Below, one piece after another: positions 39,687 through 48,278 of a stretch of 64,000 bases of DNA. The notes under the pieces were generated by a model. The model was not told the origin of the DNA. It made no database searches and saw only the letters and a program-made list of their open reading frames with translations. A program made the translations under genes and the position numbers. Numbering within the stretch: the stretch's first letter is position 1; every line of letters begins with the position of its first letter. Where the stretch lies: assembly GCA_965214805.1 (NCBI GenBank), contig OZ243982.1, positions 2,748,088 to 2,812,087 of the forward strand, in the 5' to 3' direction. This DNA comes from Thermoanaerobaculia bacterium. Its GTDB lineage: Bacteria; Acidobacteriota; Thermoanaerobaculia; Multivoradales; Multivoraceae.

Positions 39687-40841
39687 TCATGGGCGGTTGC
39701 GGCGCCTGGCCTGCCGTTCAGCCGGCTCGTTGCCGGCCGGGGAGGGCGTCGGACCCGGTCGAACCGACGGGGACCGGAGCAGAAACCCGATTCCCCAGCT
39801 CAGGTGCATGGTTGCGAGGACCAGGGGGAGCAGGATCGCTGCGCAGGACCGGCGGCGGATGCCGACCATCAGCGAGCCGAACGTCAGGGTGAGAATGTAC
39901 GTTAGCGGCAGCGCCGCTGCCGCCCAGGGGGGGGCGCCTGCCGCGGCCAGCAGCGGCGAGCCGGCCAGTCCCAGCAGCAACAGCGGGCTGGCGAGCTGCC
40001 GAGGCAGCAGGGAGGCTGGATGTCGTCGCGCCACGACCCGCTTCCACCGCCCGTAGTCGAAGTACTGCCGGGCGAGGTCCCGCAAGGTGTCGCGGGGCCG
40101 GTGGACGACCACGAGCGCAGGATCGAACCACACCGTTTCGCCGTGCGCCCGCAGCCGCCAGTTGAGTTCGTAGTCCTGGTTTCGAACGAGGGTGGGGTCG
40201 ATGCCGCCCACCGCCTCCAGCGCATCGCGCCGAAAGACTCCCAGGAACACGGTGTCGACGGGCCCCTCCGAGCCGCCCAGTCGATAGCGGGCGTTGCCTG
40301 CCCCCAGGGGAGTGGTCATCGCCAACGCCACCGCGCGGCCGAAGAACGTGGCTCCTGTCGGCTGTTGCCGGCCTCCGACATTGGCCGCTCCGGTTCGCTG
40401 CAACGTATTCACCGCGCGGCGCAGGTAGCCGGGTGGGAACACCGCATGAGCGTCGCACCGCACGATGATCTCTCCGGTTGCCGCCCGGCACGCCGCGCGG
40501 ATTCCGAACCCGGTGGTCTGTTCCGGATTGGGAACCAGTCTCACTGTCGGGTACAGCCGCCGAACGAGATCGGACGTGGCCCCGGTGTCGGAACCGTCAG
40601 CGACGATCAGTTCCACCGGGCCTTCGTAGTCCTGGGACAACACCGAGTCGATCGCCTCCCCGATCGTCGCCTCGGCGTTGCGGGCCGGGATGAAGACCGA
40701 CACCGACGGCAGGGGGCGTTGCAGAGAAACTGTCGCAGGAACGGTGGTCGACTGTGGCACCGCCGGCGCGAACCGGTCACTGGCAGCCTGCGACACGGAG
40801 GCCTGCGTCGTGCCGAAAGCGGTCAGGCGGCCGTCCGGCAA
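39687..40841 (-). CDS. Family 2 glycosyltransferase with C-terminal TM segments.
   Basis: ORF 39687..40841. VSVFIPARNAEATIGEAIDSVLSQ...ELIVADGSD...DAH GT-A motifs. The N-terminal extension is uncertain. Confidence 0.8.
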   Translation of the reverse strand: MPDGRLTAFGTTQASVSQAASDRFAPAVPQSTTVPATVSLQRPLPSVSVFIPARNAEATIGEAIDSVLSQDYEGPVELIVADGSDTGATSDLVRRLYPTVRLVPNPEQTTGFGIRAACRAATGEIIVRCDAHAVFPPGYLRRAVNTLQRTGAANVGGRQQPTGATFFGRAVALAMTTPLGAGNARYRLGGSEGPVDTVFLGVFRRDALEAVGGIDPTLVRNQDYELNWRLRAHGETVWFDPALVVVHRPRDTLRDLARQYFDYGRWKRVVARRHPASLLPRQLASPLLLLGLAGSPLLAAAGAPPWAAAALPLTYILTLTFGSLMVGIRRRSCAAILLPLVLATMHLSWGIGFLLRSPSVRPGPTPSPAGNEPAERQARRRNRP

Positions 40842-41057
40842 AGGCGCGACGAGGAAGAGGCGAGGAGAAGAGAGGAAGCATGGCGTCCCGGAACAGCAGA
40901 AGGCGACGGGTCAAAGACCTGGTCTCGATGACCTGGCTTCAACCCGCCGCCCTTGGAACCCTGGACGCCGGAAACCCCTCTGGGGATCTGAGGGACCCGC
41001 GTCAACGCCGGTCCCTTGGTGTCCCCAAAGGGGGTCCCCGTGCTTCGTGTGAATCCC

Positions 41058-42119
41058 TTAGTTGACCGCCGGAAACGGGCTCTCCGGATCAAGTTCCACG
41101 CCCCGAGATGCCTCCGGCACAGGCGGACACTCAATGCTGAACATGGCCGTTGGCCCGTCAGTAGTGAACCCCGGAATCGTGTTCCTGGAGCTGGTGGCGC
41201 TGATCACCATTGCGGTGGGCGTGCCGCGATGCTGGTTGGTGCGACGACACGGATCAGCCGGTCCCGCTGTGTCCAGGTCAAGCGCCGGGATCGTCAAGGT
41301 CAGGCTGGCGGTCTGGTCCCCTTCCATGTAGCTGCCATCGTCCTTGTAGATGGCAGGCAGCGAGGTACCGTCCGGGCCGGTGTAGTTGAATGCCGCCGTC
41401 ACGTCCCCATTGGGATTGATGGCGACGCTTCCCTCGTTCCCGATCGACACGGTGAGCGCCATGGCATCATCGCCTCGCGTGATCGTCGTGCCCTTGACCG
41501 AGTCCCCGTCTGCATTGTCGATCTCGAGGGTGTATTCGCCCGACAGCAGACAATCGCTGCGCATGGGGCCGCACTTCTCGGGCTCCGCCGCGGGGAGAAT
41601 GTGCGGAAGAATGCCGACCCGTCCGCTGGTCGTGTCCTTGACCAGGGTCGCGTAATCACGGCTGGTCATCGTGATGTCGCCGCCCGACACGTCGAAGGGC
41701 GCCGTCTGCATGTTGGTCAGCACGCGATCCGGCAGCAGGTTCGAGACGGCGGAGTTCGTCTCGTCGTGGATCCAGTACCAGCCGCCGTCCTTCAGCCCGT
41801 GGATCTGGATCTCGCCGTCGTCCTGGTGGCAGGCGAGGCCGTTGTCCTCGGTGAACAGATGCGCGACGTTGCCGTCGTCGTCCGGATCGACCGACGCGGT
41901 GATGTTGATGTTGCCGCAGGTGACGATGAGTCCGACGCTGGTGAGCTTCTCGCCTTCCGCCATCGCCTCATCGTTGAACTCGCCGACGAAGCCGCCGCTG
42001 CCCTTGAAGAAGGGCACCACATGGCACTCGCCCTCGGGGCACTCGGCTGTCACCTCCGCCTGGGCAAACGCGAATGCCGGCACCAGGGCCAGCATGATTG
42101 CAATCGCTACCGCTTTCAC
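41058..42119 (-). CDS. Secreted protein, tandem-array paralog 1 (353 aa): conserved N-terminal domain plus a variable C-terminal domain.
   Basis: ORF 41058..42119, with a GTG start inside the conserved leader. Signal peptide (M)KAVAIAIMLALVPAFAFAQ. ECPEGECHVVPFFKGSGGFVGE...GGWYWIHDETNSAVSNLLP. C-terminal tail ...IECPPVPEASRGVELDPESPFPAVN. Confidence 0.75.
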   Translation of the reverse strand: MKAVAIAIMLALVPAFAFAQAEVTAECPEGECHVVPFFKGSGGFVGEFNDEAMAEGEKLTSVGLIVTCGNINITASVDPDDDGNVAHLFTEDNGLACHQDDGEIQIHGLKDGGWYWIHDETNSAVSNLLPDRVLTNMQTAPFDVSGGDITMTSRDYATLVKDTTSGRVGILPHILPAAEPEKCGPMRSDCLLSGEYTLEIDNADGDSVKGTTITRGDDAMALTVSIGNEGSVAINPNGDVTAAFNYTGPDGTSLPAIYKDDGSYMEGDQTASLTLTIPALDLDTAGPADPCRRTNQHRGTPTAMVISATSSRNTIPGFTTDGPTAMFSIECPPVPEASRGVELDPESPFPAVN

Positions 42120-42400
42120 AGTTTCTCTTCTCCTTCTCTCTCCTGGCGGCGGAGGGTTCCTCCTGACCGCGCTCGTTTCGGGACCCGGCGCTCGACGCGA
42201 GTACCGGAGTTGTTCTGCGACCCCGAGAACGTCAACTCGGGGGGCAAGCTCGACGGTCGCTCCATCACCTCCAGGAGAAAAAGTCTGCAGGACGACGCCC
42301 AGGAGAAGAATCCCCCCTGATGGGGCGCGCCTGCCTGTTTCCAGTGTCGTGTACGCTAACCCGGAACCGGCGACGGTGTCAACCTCGGTTCGGCCGCGCG
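42120..42400 (-). repeat. Conserved 5' leader and promoter block of the paralog array, copy 1 of 4 (near-identical ~270-bp unit).
   Basis: agtttctcttctccttctctctcctggcggcggagggttcctcctgaccgcgctcgtttcggg...ccaggagaagaatccc...gtttccagtg... recurs at 44032, 46234 and 48279 with only a few mismatches. The minus-sense read ends in a purine-rich GGAGAGAGAAGGAGAAGAGAAACTGTG RBS/start. Confidence 0.8.
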
Positions 42401-42439
42401 GATAAGAGCGGATAAACCGGAACAGCCGATGGTCCCCGA

Positions 42440-42840
42440 GGACTGCGAGCAGGCCCTGTCCGAGTGGCTGGGGCTACCCCGTGCCGATGATCAACCGGCG
42501 CGGTCTGTTCCCGGAACAGCAACCAGTCCTCTGTCCCAGTCCTCGCCGTCGGGTACGACGGGCCGGATACGGCCGCTCACCGTCGGGATGCAGTCGCCGA
42601 ACAAAGGTCGGGCGGATGGCCCCGGTGTCGGATCCGTTGGGCGACGATCGGTTCCACCGGGCCTTCGCAAGGCCTTCGTGGTCGCCGGGACAACACCGAG
42701 TACACACGGTCGTTCCTGCCTCCCGTCTTGGGGGCTTGTCCGGTTGTTGATTACCCCCGACCGTCGCCTCGGCGTTCCGCGGTGGGGATGAAGCCGACAC
42801 CGACGGCATTGGCGTTGCCGAGGAACTGTCGTAAACAGAA
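42440..42840 (-). pseudogene. Degenerate copy of the 5' region of the GT2 gene (39687..40841), carried within amplification unit 2.
   Basis: Stretches such as ggtctgttcccggaacagcaaccagtc...gccgaacaaaggtcgggcggatggccccggtgtcggatccg...gttccaccgggccttcg...gacaacaccgagt parallel 40400-40740 at about 70-80% identity with indels. Confidence 0.45.
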
Positions 42841-42969
42841 GAAAGGCGACGGGCCAAAGACCTGGTCTCGATGACCCGGCTTTCGACCCGCCGCCCTGGG
42901 ATGCACCGGAATCCGTCAGGAGGTAACCGCGGCCTCCTCCCAAGGGTCCTGTGCTTCGTGTGAACTCCC

Positions 42970-44031
42970 TTAGTCGACCGGGAACGGGTTCTCCGGAACG
43001 AGTTCCACACCCCGAGATGCGTCCGGCACAGGCGGACACGCGATGTGGTACATGGCCGTTGGTCCGTCGGTAGTGAACCCCGGAATCGTGTTCGTGGAGC
43101 TGACGGCGCTGATCACCACGCTGATCGGCGTGTCGCGAAGCTGGTTGTTGCGGCGACACGGATCATTCGCGTTGGTCAGGGAGGCAGCGTTAAACTTCGG
43201 GACCTTCACGGTCAGGCTCTCGGCCTGACTCCCGGGAGAGTATGTGCCACGGTCGGTGTAGATAGAAGGCACCACGGTGCCGCCCGGGCCGCCGGTGCGG
43301 AATTCCGTCATCACGGGATTAGCGGGTTCAACGGCGACGTTTCCCTCGCCCCCGATCGACGCCGTGACCGACATGTCGTCATCGCCTCGCGTGATCGTCG
43401 TGCCCTTGACCGAGTCCCCGTCTGCATTGTCGATCTCGAGGGTGTATTCGCCCGTCAGCAGACAATCGCTGCGCATGGGGCCGCACTTCTCGGGCTCCGC
43501 CGCGGGGAGAATGTGCGGAAGAATGCCGACCCGTCCGCTGGTCGTGTCCTTGACCAGGGTCGCGTAATCACGGCTGGTCATCGTGATGTCGCCGCCCGAC
43601 ACGTCGAAGGGCGCCGTCTGCACGTTGGTCAGCACGCGATCCGGCAGCAGGTTCGAGACGGCGGAGTTCGTCTCGTCGTGGATCCAGTACCAGCCGCCGT
43701 CCTTCAGTCCGTGGATCTGGATCTCGCCGTCGTCCTGGTGGCAGGCGAGGCCGTTGTCCTCGGTGAACAGATGCGCGACGTTGCCGTCGTCGTCCGGATC
43801 GACCGACGCGGTGATGTTGATGTTGCCGCAGGTGACGATGAGTCCGACGCTGGCGATCTCCTCGCCGTCCACCATGATGTCGGTGTCGAGCTCGCCGACG
43901 AAGCCGCCACTGCCCTTGAAGAAGGGCACCACATGGCACTCGCCCTCGGGGCACTCGGCTGTCACCCCCGCCTGGGCAAACGCGAATGCCGGCACCAGGG
44001 CCAGCATGATTGCAATCGCTACCGCTTTCAC
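42970..44031 (-). CDS. Secreted protein, tandem-array paralog 2.
   Basis: Same signal peptide and N-terminal domain, with the GTG start equivalent to paralog 1. The central/C-terminal region is diverged (…VAVEPANPVMTEFRTGGPGGTVVPSIY…). The tail is conserved (GVELVPENPFPVD). Confidence 0.75.
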   Translation of the reverse strand: MKAVAIAIMLALVPAFAFAQAGVTAECPEGECHVVPFFKGSGGFVGELDTDIMVDGEEIASVGLIVTCGNINITASVDPDDDGNVAHLFTEDNGLACHQDDGEIQIHGLKDGGWYWIHDETNSAVSNLLPDRVLTNVQTAPFDVSGGDITMTSRDYATLVKDTTSGRVGILPHILPAAEPEKCGPMRSDCLLTGEYTLEIDNADGDSVKGTTITRGDDDMSVTASIGGEGNVAVEPANPVMTEFRTGGPGGTVVPSIYTDRGTYSPGSQAESLTVKVPKFNAASLTNANDPCRRNNQLRDTPISVVISAVSSTNTIPGFTTDGPTAMYHIACPPVPDASRGVELVPENPFPVD

Positions 44032-44310
44032 AGTTTCTCTTCTCCTTCTCTCTCCTGGCGGCGGAGGGTTCCTCCTGACCGCGCTCGTTTCGGGACCCGG
44101 CGCTCGACGCGAGTACCGGAGTTGTTCTGCGACCCCGAGAACGTCAACTCGGGGGGCAAGCTCGACGGTCGCTCCATCACCTCCAGGAGAAAAAGTCTGC
44201 AGGACGACGCCCAGGAGAAGAATCCCCCTGATGGGGCGCGCCTGCCTGTTTCCAGTGTCCGGCACACTAACCCGGAACCGGCGACGGTGTCAACCTCGGG
44301 TCGCCCGCGC
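44032..44310 (-). repeat. Conserved 5' leader block, copy 2.
   Basis: Near-identical to 42120-42400. Confidence 0.8.
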
Positions 44311-44389
44311 GGACACCGGAAACAGCCGATGGTCCCCGAGGACTGCGAGCCGGCCCTGTCCGAGAGGCTGGGGCTACCCCCGTGTCGAT

Positions 44390-44610
44390 GATCGGCGCGG
44401 GTCTCTGTTCCCGGAACAGCAACCAGTCCTAGGCCTCGCCGTCGGGTACGACAGGCCGGGTACGGCCGCTCACCGTCGGGATGCAGCCGCCGAACGAGGT
44501 CGGGCGATGGCCCCGGTGTCGGACTCCGTTCTTCGCAGCCCCCCTCGCAAGGCCTTTCGTGGTCGCCGGGACAACACCGAGTCACATGGTTATTCCTGCC
44601 CCTTCTGGGG
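44390..44610 (-). pseudogene. Degenerate GT2 5'-fragment, in amplification unit 3.
   Basis: gtcgggtacgacaggccgggtacggccgctcaccgtcgggatgcagccgccgaacgaggtcgggcgatggccccggtgtcggactccg...gacaacaccgagtc is similar to 40540-40640. Confidence 0.4.
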
Positions 44611-45021
44611 TTGGCGTCCCGGAAAACAGAAGAATGGCGACGGTTCGAAGACATGGTCTCGATGATCTGGTTTCGACCCGCCGCCCTGGAAGCCTCTGGG
44701 GACCTGAGGAAAAGCCGACGCCGGCCCCTGATCTCCTCAAGGGGGGGGTGGTCCCGTGCTTCGGTGAATCCCTGGTCGAACGAGGAACAGGTTCTCCGGA
44801 ACGAGTCCACGTGCCCCGCGTCAACCTTCGGGACTTTCAGGTCAGCCTGTCGGCGTCAGTACTTCCGTCGGTGGGACTCCCTGCCTTCTGCTCGTCGACC
44901 CGGGTAGCAGTCTTGACCTGCCAGGCAACTCCCGCACCAGCATCGTCTTTCGGTTTCGGCGCGCCCCCGTGCGGCCCGCGTCAGAACTCCCGCCGGCGGG
45001 AACCCGGACACGCATGGACGA

Positions 45022-45076
45022 GAACAGAAAAGAGAAGGGCGACGGGCGAAGACCATGGCCTTCGACCCGTCGCCCT
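45022..45076 (-). terminator. Rho-independent terminator downstream of paralog 3.
   Basis: Minus-sense GGGCGACGGGtcgaaggccatggtcttcgCCCGTCGCCC followed by TTCTCTTTTCTGTTCTCG. Confidence 0.6.
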
Positions 45077-45156
45077 GAACGCCGGAACCGGTGATGGGAC
45101 AAGGGGCCGTGACGCCCCTACCCACATGCGTTCCGATTGGCTTCGTGTGGATTCCC

Positions 45157-46233
45157 TTAGTCGACCGGGAACGGATTCTCCGGGACGAGTTCCACGCCCT
45201 CGGAGCCCTCATCGAGAGCTGGACACGAAACCTCGTAGAAGGCCGATGGCCCATCATCCATCATGAAACCCGGAATCGTGTGCATGGACGTGTCGAGCGT
45301 GACAACCACACGGTACGGCTTGTCGCGATGCTGGTTGTTGGTGTAACACGGATCATCAGCTTCGGCCAGCGCTGTGGCATCAAGCTTCGGCACCGTCAAT
45401 GTGATGCTCGACGTGGCCGTCAGCCCCGTCGTTGTGGTGTAGAGGTCAGGCACCGCGGTTCCGTCAGGGCCGCTGACAACGAAGTTCGCAGTCGGTTCCG
45501 TCGCCGGCTCGGCTCGGATGATTCCCTCACCCCCGATCGACACCGTGAGCTCAATGTCGTCGTCGCCTCGCGCGATCGTCTTGCCGTTGAACGACTCATC
45601 CTCGGCATTCTTGATCTCGACGGTGTACTCGCCCGTCAGCACGCAGCCCGTGCGCGTGTCGTCGTCGCACTTCGGGGTCGGGGTCGTCGCGGCGGGCGGC
45701 GGCTCGGGGAGAATGTGCGGAAGGATGCCGACCCGTCCGCTGGTCGTGTCCTTGACCAGGGTCGCGTAATCACGGCTGGTCGTCGTGATGTCGCCGCCCG
45801 ACACGTCGACGGGCGCCGTCTGCGTGTTTTCCAGCACGTCCTTCGGCAGCAGGTTCGAGACGGCGGAGTTCGTCTCGTCGTGGATCCAGTACCAGCCGCC
45901 GTCCGTCAGCCCGTGGATGTTGATGTCGCCGCTGTCCTGATCGCAGGCGAGGCCGTTGTCCTCGGTGAACAGATGCACGACCTTCCCGTCGGCGTTCGGA
46001 GCGGCCGACGCTGTGGTGGTGATGTTGCCGCAGGTGACGACGAGCGTGGCCTCGGTGATCTCCTCGCCGTCCACCATGATGCTGGTGTCGAGCTCGCCGA
46101 CGAAGCCGCCGCTGCCCTTGAAGAACGGCACCACATGGCACTCGGCGTCGGGGCAGTCGGCTGTCACCCCCACTTGGGCAAACGCGAATGCCGGCACCAG
46201 GGCCAGCATGATTGCAATCGCTACCGCTTTCAC
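45157..46233 (-). CDS. Secreted protein, tandem-array paralog 3.
   Basis: ORF 45157..46233. Conserved N-terminal domain. Pro/Thr/Ala-rich linker PEPPPAATTPTPKC. Distinct C-terminal domain. Conserved tail GVELVPENPFPVD. Confidence 0.75.
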   Translation of the reverse strand: MKAVAIAIMLALVPAFAFAQVGVTADCPDAECHVVPFFKGSGGFVGELDTSIMVDGEEITEATLVVTCGNITTTASAAPNADGKVVHLFTEDNGLACDQDSGDINIHGLTDGGWYWIHDETNSAVSNLLPKDVLENTQTAPVDVSGGDITTTSRDYATLVKDTTSGRVGILPHILPEPPPAATTPTPKCDDDTRTGCVLTGEYTVEIKNAEDESFNGKTIARGDDDIELTVSIGGEGIIRAEPATEPTANFVVSGPDGTAVPDLYTTTTGLTATSSITLTVPKLDATALAEADDPCYTNNQHRDKPYRVVVTLDTSMHTIPGFMMDDGPSAFYEVSCPALDEGSEGVELVPENPFPVD

Positions 46234-46510
46234 AGTTTCTCTTCTCCTTCTCTCTCCTGGCGGCGGAGGGTTCCTCCTGACCGCGCTCGTTTCGGGACCC
46301 GGCGCTCGACGCGAGTACCGGATTTGTTCTGCGACCCCGAGAACGTCAACTCGGGGGCAAGCTCGACGGTCGCTCCATCACCTCCAGGAGAAAAAGTCTG
46401 CAGGACGACGCCCAGGAAGAAGAATCCCCTGATGGGGCGCGCCTGCCTGTTTCCAGTGTCCGGCACACTAACCCGGAACCGGCGACGGTGTCAACCTCGG
46501 GTCGCCCGCG
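46234..46510 (-). repeat. Conserved 5' leader block, copy 3.
   Basis: Near-identical to 42120-42400 (with a 1-nt indel in the G-run). Confidence 0.8.
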
Positions 46511-47049
46511 CGGACACCGGAAACAGCCGATGGTCCCCGAGGACTGCGAGCAGGCCCTGTCCGAGAGGCTGGGGCTACCCCCGTGTCGATGATCGGCGCG
46601 GGTCTCTGGGCGTGTCGGGTCGATTGCCTCCCCCGACCATCGCCTCGGCGCGCCGTCCGGCAAAGGCGCGACGCGGAGAATGAGGAAAGCACGGCGTCCC
46701 GGAAAACACAGAAGAAGGCGACGGTTCGAAGACCTTGAAGACTTGGTCTCGACGACCTGAGCTTCGCAACCCGTCGCCTTGGAACCCTGGGCGTGGGCGC
46801 CGGGAACCTCTCTGGGGACCTGAGGAAAAAGCCGACGCCGGCCCCCTGATCTTCTCGCGATTCGAGAAACTCGACGTGCTCATCGTCGATGCGTGAACAG
46901 GCCCCAGTCGACCCGGATAGCACAGTCTTGACTGCCAGGCAACTCCCGCATCGGCACCGTTTTCAGCGCGCCCCGTGCGCTCGCGTCCAACACCGCCAGT
47001 GGCGGGGACCCGGCCTCAGGGGGTTCGACGCGCATGGACCGGAAAAGAG

Positions 47050-47100
47050 GACAGAAAAAGAAAGGCGACGGGCGAAGACCATGGCCTTTGCCCGTCGCCC
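47050..47100 (-). terminator. Rho-independent terminator downstream of paralog 4.
   Basis: Minus-sense GGGCGACGGGC-aaaggccatggtcttc-GCCCGTCGCC followed by TTTCTTTTTCTGTCCTCTTTTCC. Confidence 0.65.
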
Positions 47101-47162
47101 TGAAGGGGCCGCGACGCCCCGCTCTTTACCCACATGCGTTCTGGGTGGCTTCGTGAGATCCC

Positions 47163-48278
47163 TTAGTCGACCGGGAACAGATTGTCCGGGATGAGTTCCA
47201 CGCCCCCCACGGCGCTACCCGGGAGAGGCGGACAGCGAACCGCGTAAGCGGCCGATGGCCCATCATCTGTGAATCCCGGAACCGTGTTACCGGAATTGGT
47301 GGCCGTGATGGCCACCACGATCGCTACGTCGCGACGCTGGTTGCTTTCGCCACACGGATCAGTCGTGCTTCGCTGGGCAAGAGAGTTGAATATTGGCATC
47401 GGCAAATCGATGGACGCCACATCAGTCCCGGTCACCCCCCCCCCGTATACGTTAGGCACGTTGGAGTTGCCGTCGAGGTCGGTGACAACGAAGTCCGCCG
47501 TTATTTCTCCAGTGCTGTCGACTTTGATGATTCCAGTGCCTGTGACCGACGCCGTGATCGTAAGGCTGGCAAGTGTTGATCGGGTGAAAGTGAAGCCAGC
47601 GATCTTGGTTCCGGCTATTATCGACGGAGCTGATATCTCGATATCGACTTCGTAATCGCCCGTCAGCAGGCAACCCTTGCGCCTGCCGCCTTCGCACTTC
47701 GGGGTCGGGGTCGTCGCGGCGGGCGGCGGCTCGGGGAGAATGTGCGGAAGGATGCCGACCCGTCCGCTGGTCGTGTCCTTGACCAGGGTCGCGTAATCAC
47801 GGCTCGTCATCGTGATGTCGCCGCCCGACACGTCGACGGGCGCCGTCTGCGTGTTTTCCAGCACGTCCTTCGGCAGCAGGTTCGAGACGGCGGAGTTCGT
47901 CTCGTCGTGGATCCAGTACCAGCCGCCGTCCGTCAGCCCGTGGATGCTGATCTCGCCGCTGTCCTGATCGCAGGCGAGGCCGTTGGCCTCGGTGAACAGC
48001 TGCACGACCTTCCCGTCGGCGTTCGGAGCGGCCGACGCTGAGGTGGTGATGTTGCCGCAGGTGACGACGAGCGTGGCCTCGGTGATCTCCTCGCCGTCCA
48101 CCATGATGCTGGTGTCGAGCTCGCCGACGAAGCCGCCGCTGCCCTTGAAGAAGGGCACCACATGGCACTCGGCGTCGGGGCAGGAAACGCTCGTCTTTGC
48201 CGGCTCGGACACGCCGCCCTGCGCAAACATGAATGCCGGCACCAGGGCCAGCATGATTGCAATCGCTACCGCTTTCAC
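47163..48278 (-). CDS. Secreted protein, tandem-array paralog 4.
   Basis: ORF 47163..48278. Conserved N-terminal domain and PEPPPAATTPTPKC linker. Yet another C-terminal domain. Tail GVELIPDNLFPVD. Confidence 0.75.
   Translation of the reverse strand: MKAVAIAIMLALVPAFMFAQGGVSEPAKTSVSCPDAECHVVPFFKGSGGFVGELDTSIMVDGEEITEATLVVTCGNITTSASAAPNADGKVVQLFTEANGLACDQDSGEISIHGLTDGGWYWIHDETNSAVSNLLPKDVLENTQTAPVDVSGGDITMTSRDYATLVKDTTSGRVGILPHILPEPPPAATTPTPKCEGGRRKGCLLTGDYEVDIEISAPSIIAGTKIAGFTFTRSTLASLTITASVTGTGIIKVDSTGEITADFVVTDLDGNSNVPNVYGGGVTGTDVASIDLPMPIFNSLAQRSTTDPCGESNQRRDVAIVVAITATNSGNTVPGFTDDGPSAAYAVRCPPLPGSAVGGVELIPDNLFPVD

Noticed and set aside
41900-42060. CX4CH in the paralog N-terminal domain as a c-type heme-binding site.
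   Set aside because: Canonical covalent heme attachment needs CXXCH. CX4CH is very rare, and the window contains no dedicated maturation genes. This is kept only as a possible metal or disulfide motif.
46230-46466. Small minus-strand ORFs reading through the conserved leaders (for example MPDTGNRQARPIRG…, 78 aa, repeated in each unit).
   Set aside because: They run through the polypurine RBS into the real start in another frame, and they are conserved only because the DNA repeat is conserved. A uORF role cannot be excluded, but there is no RBS or start context.
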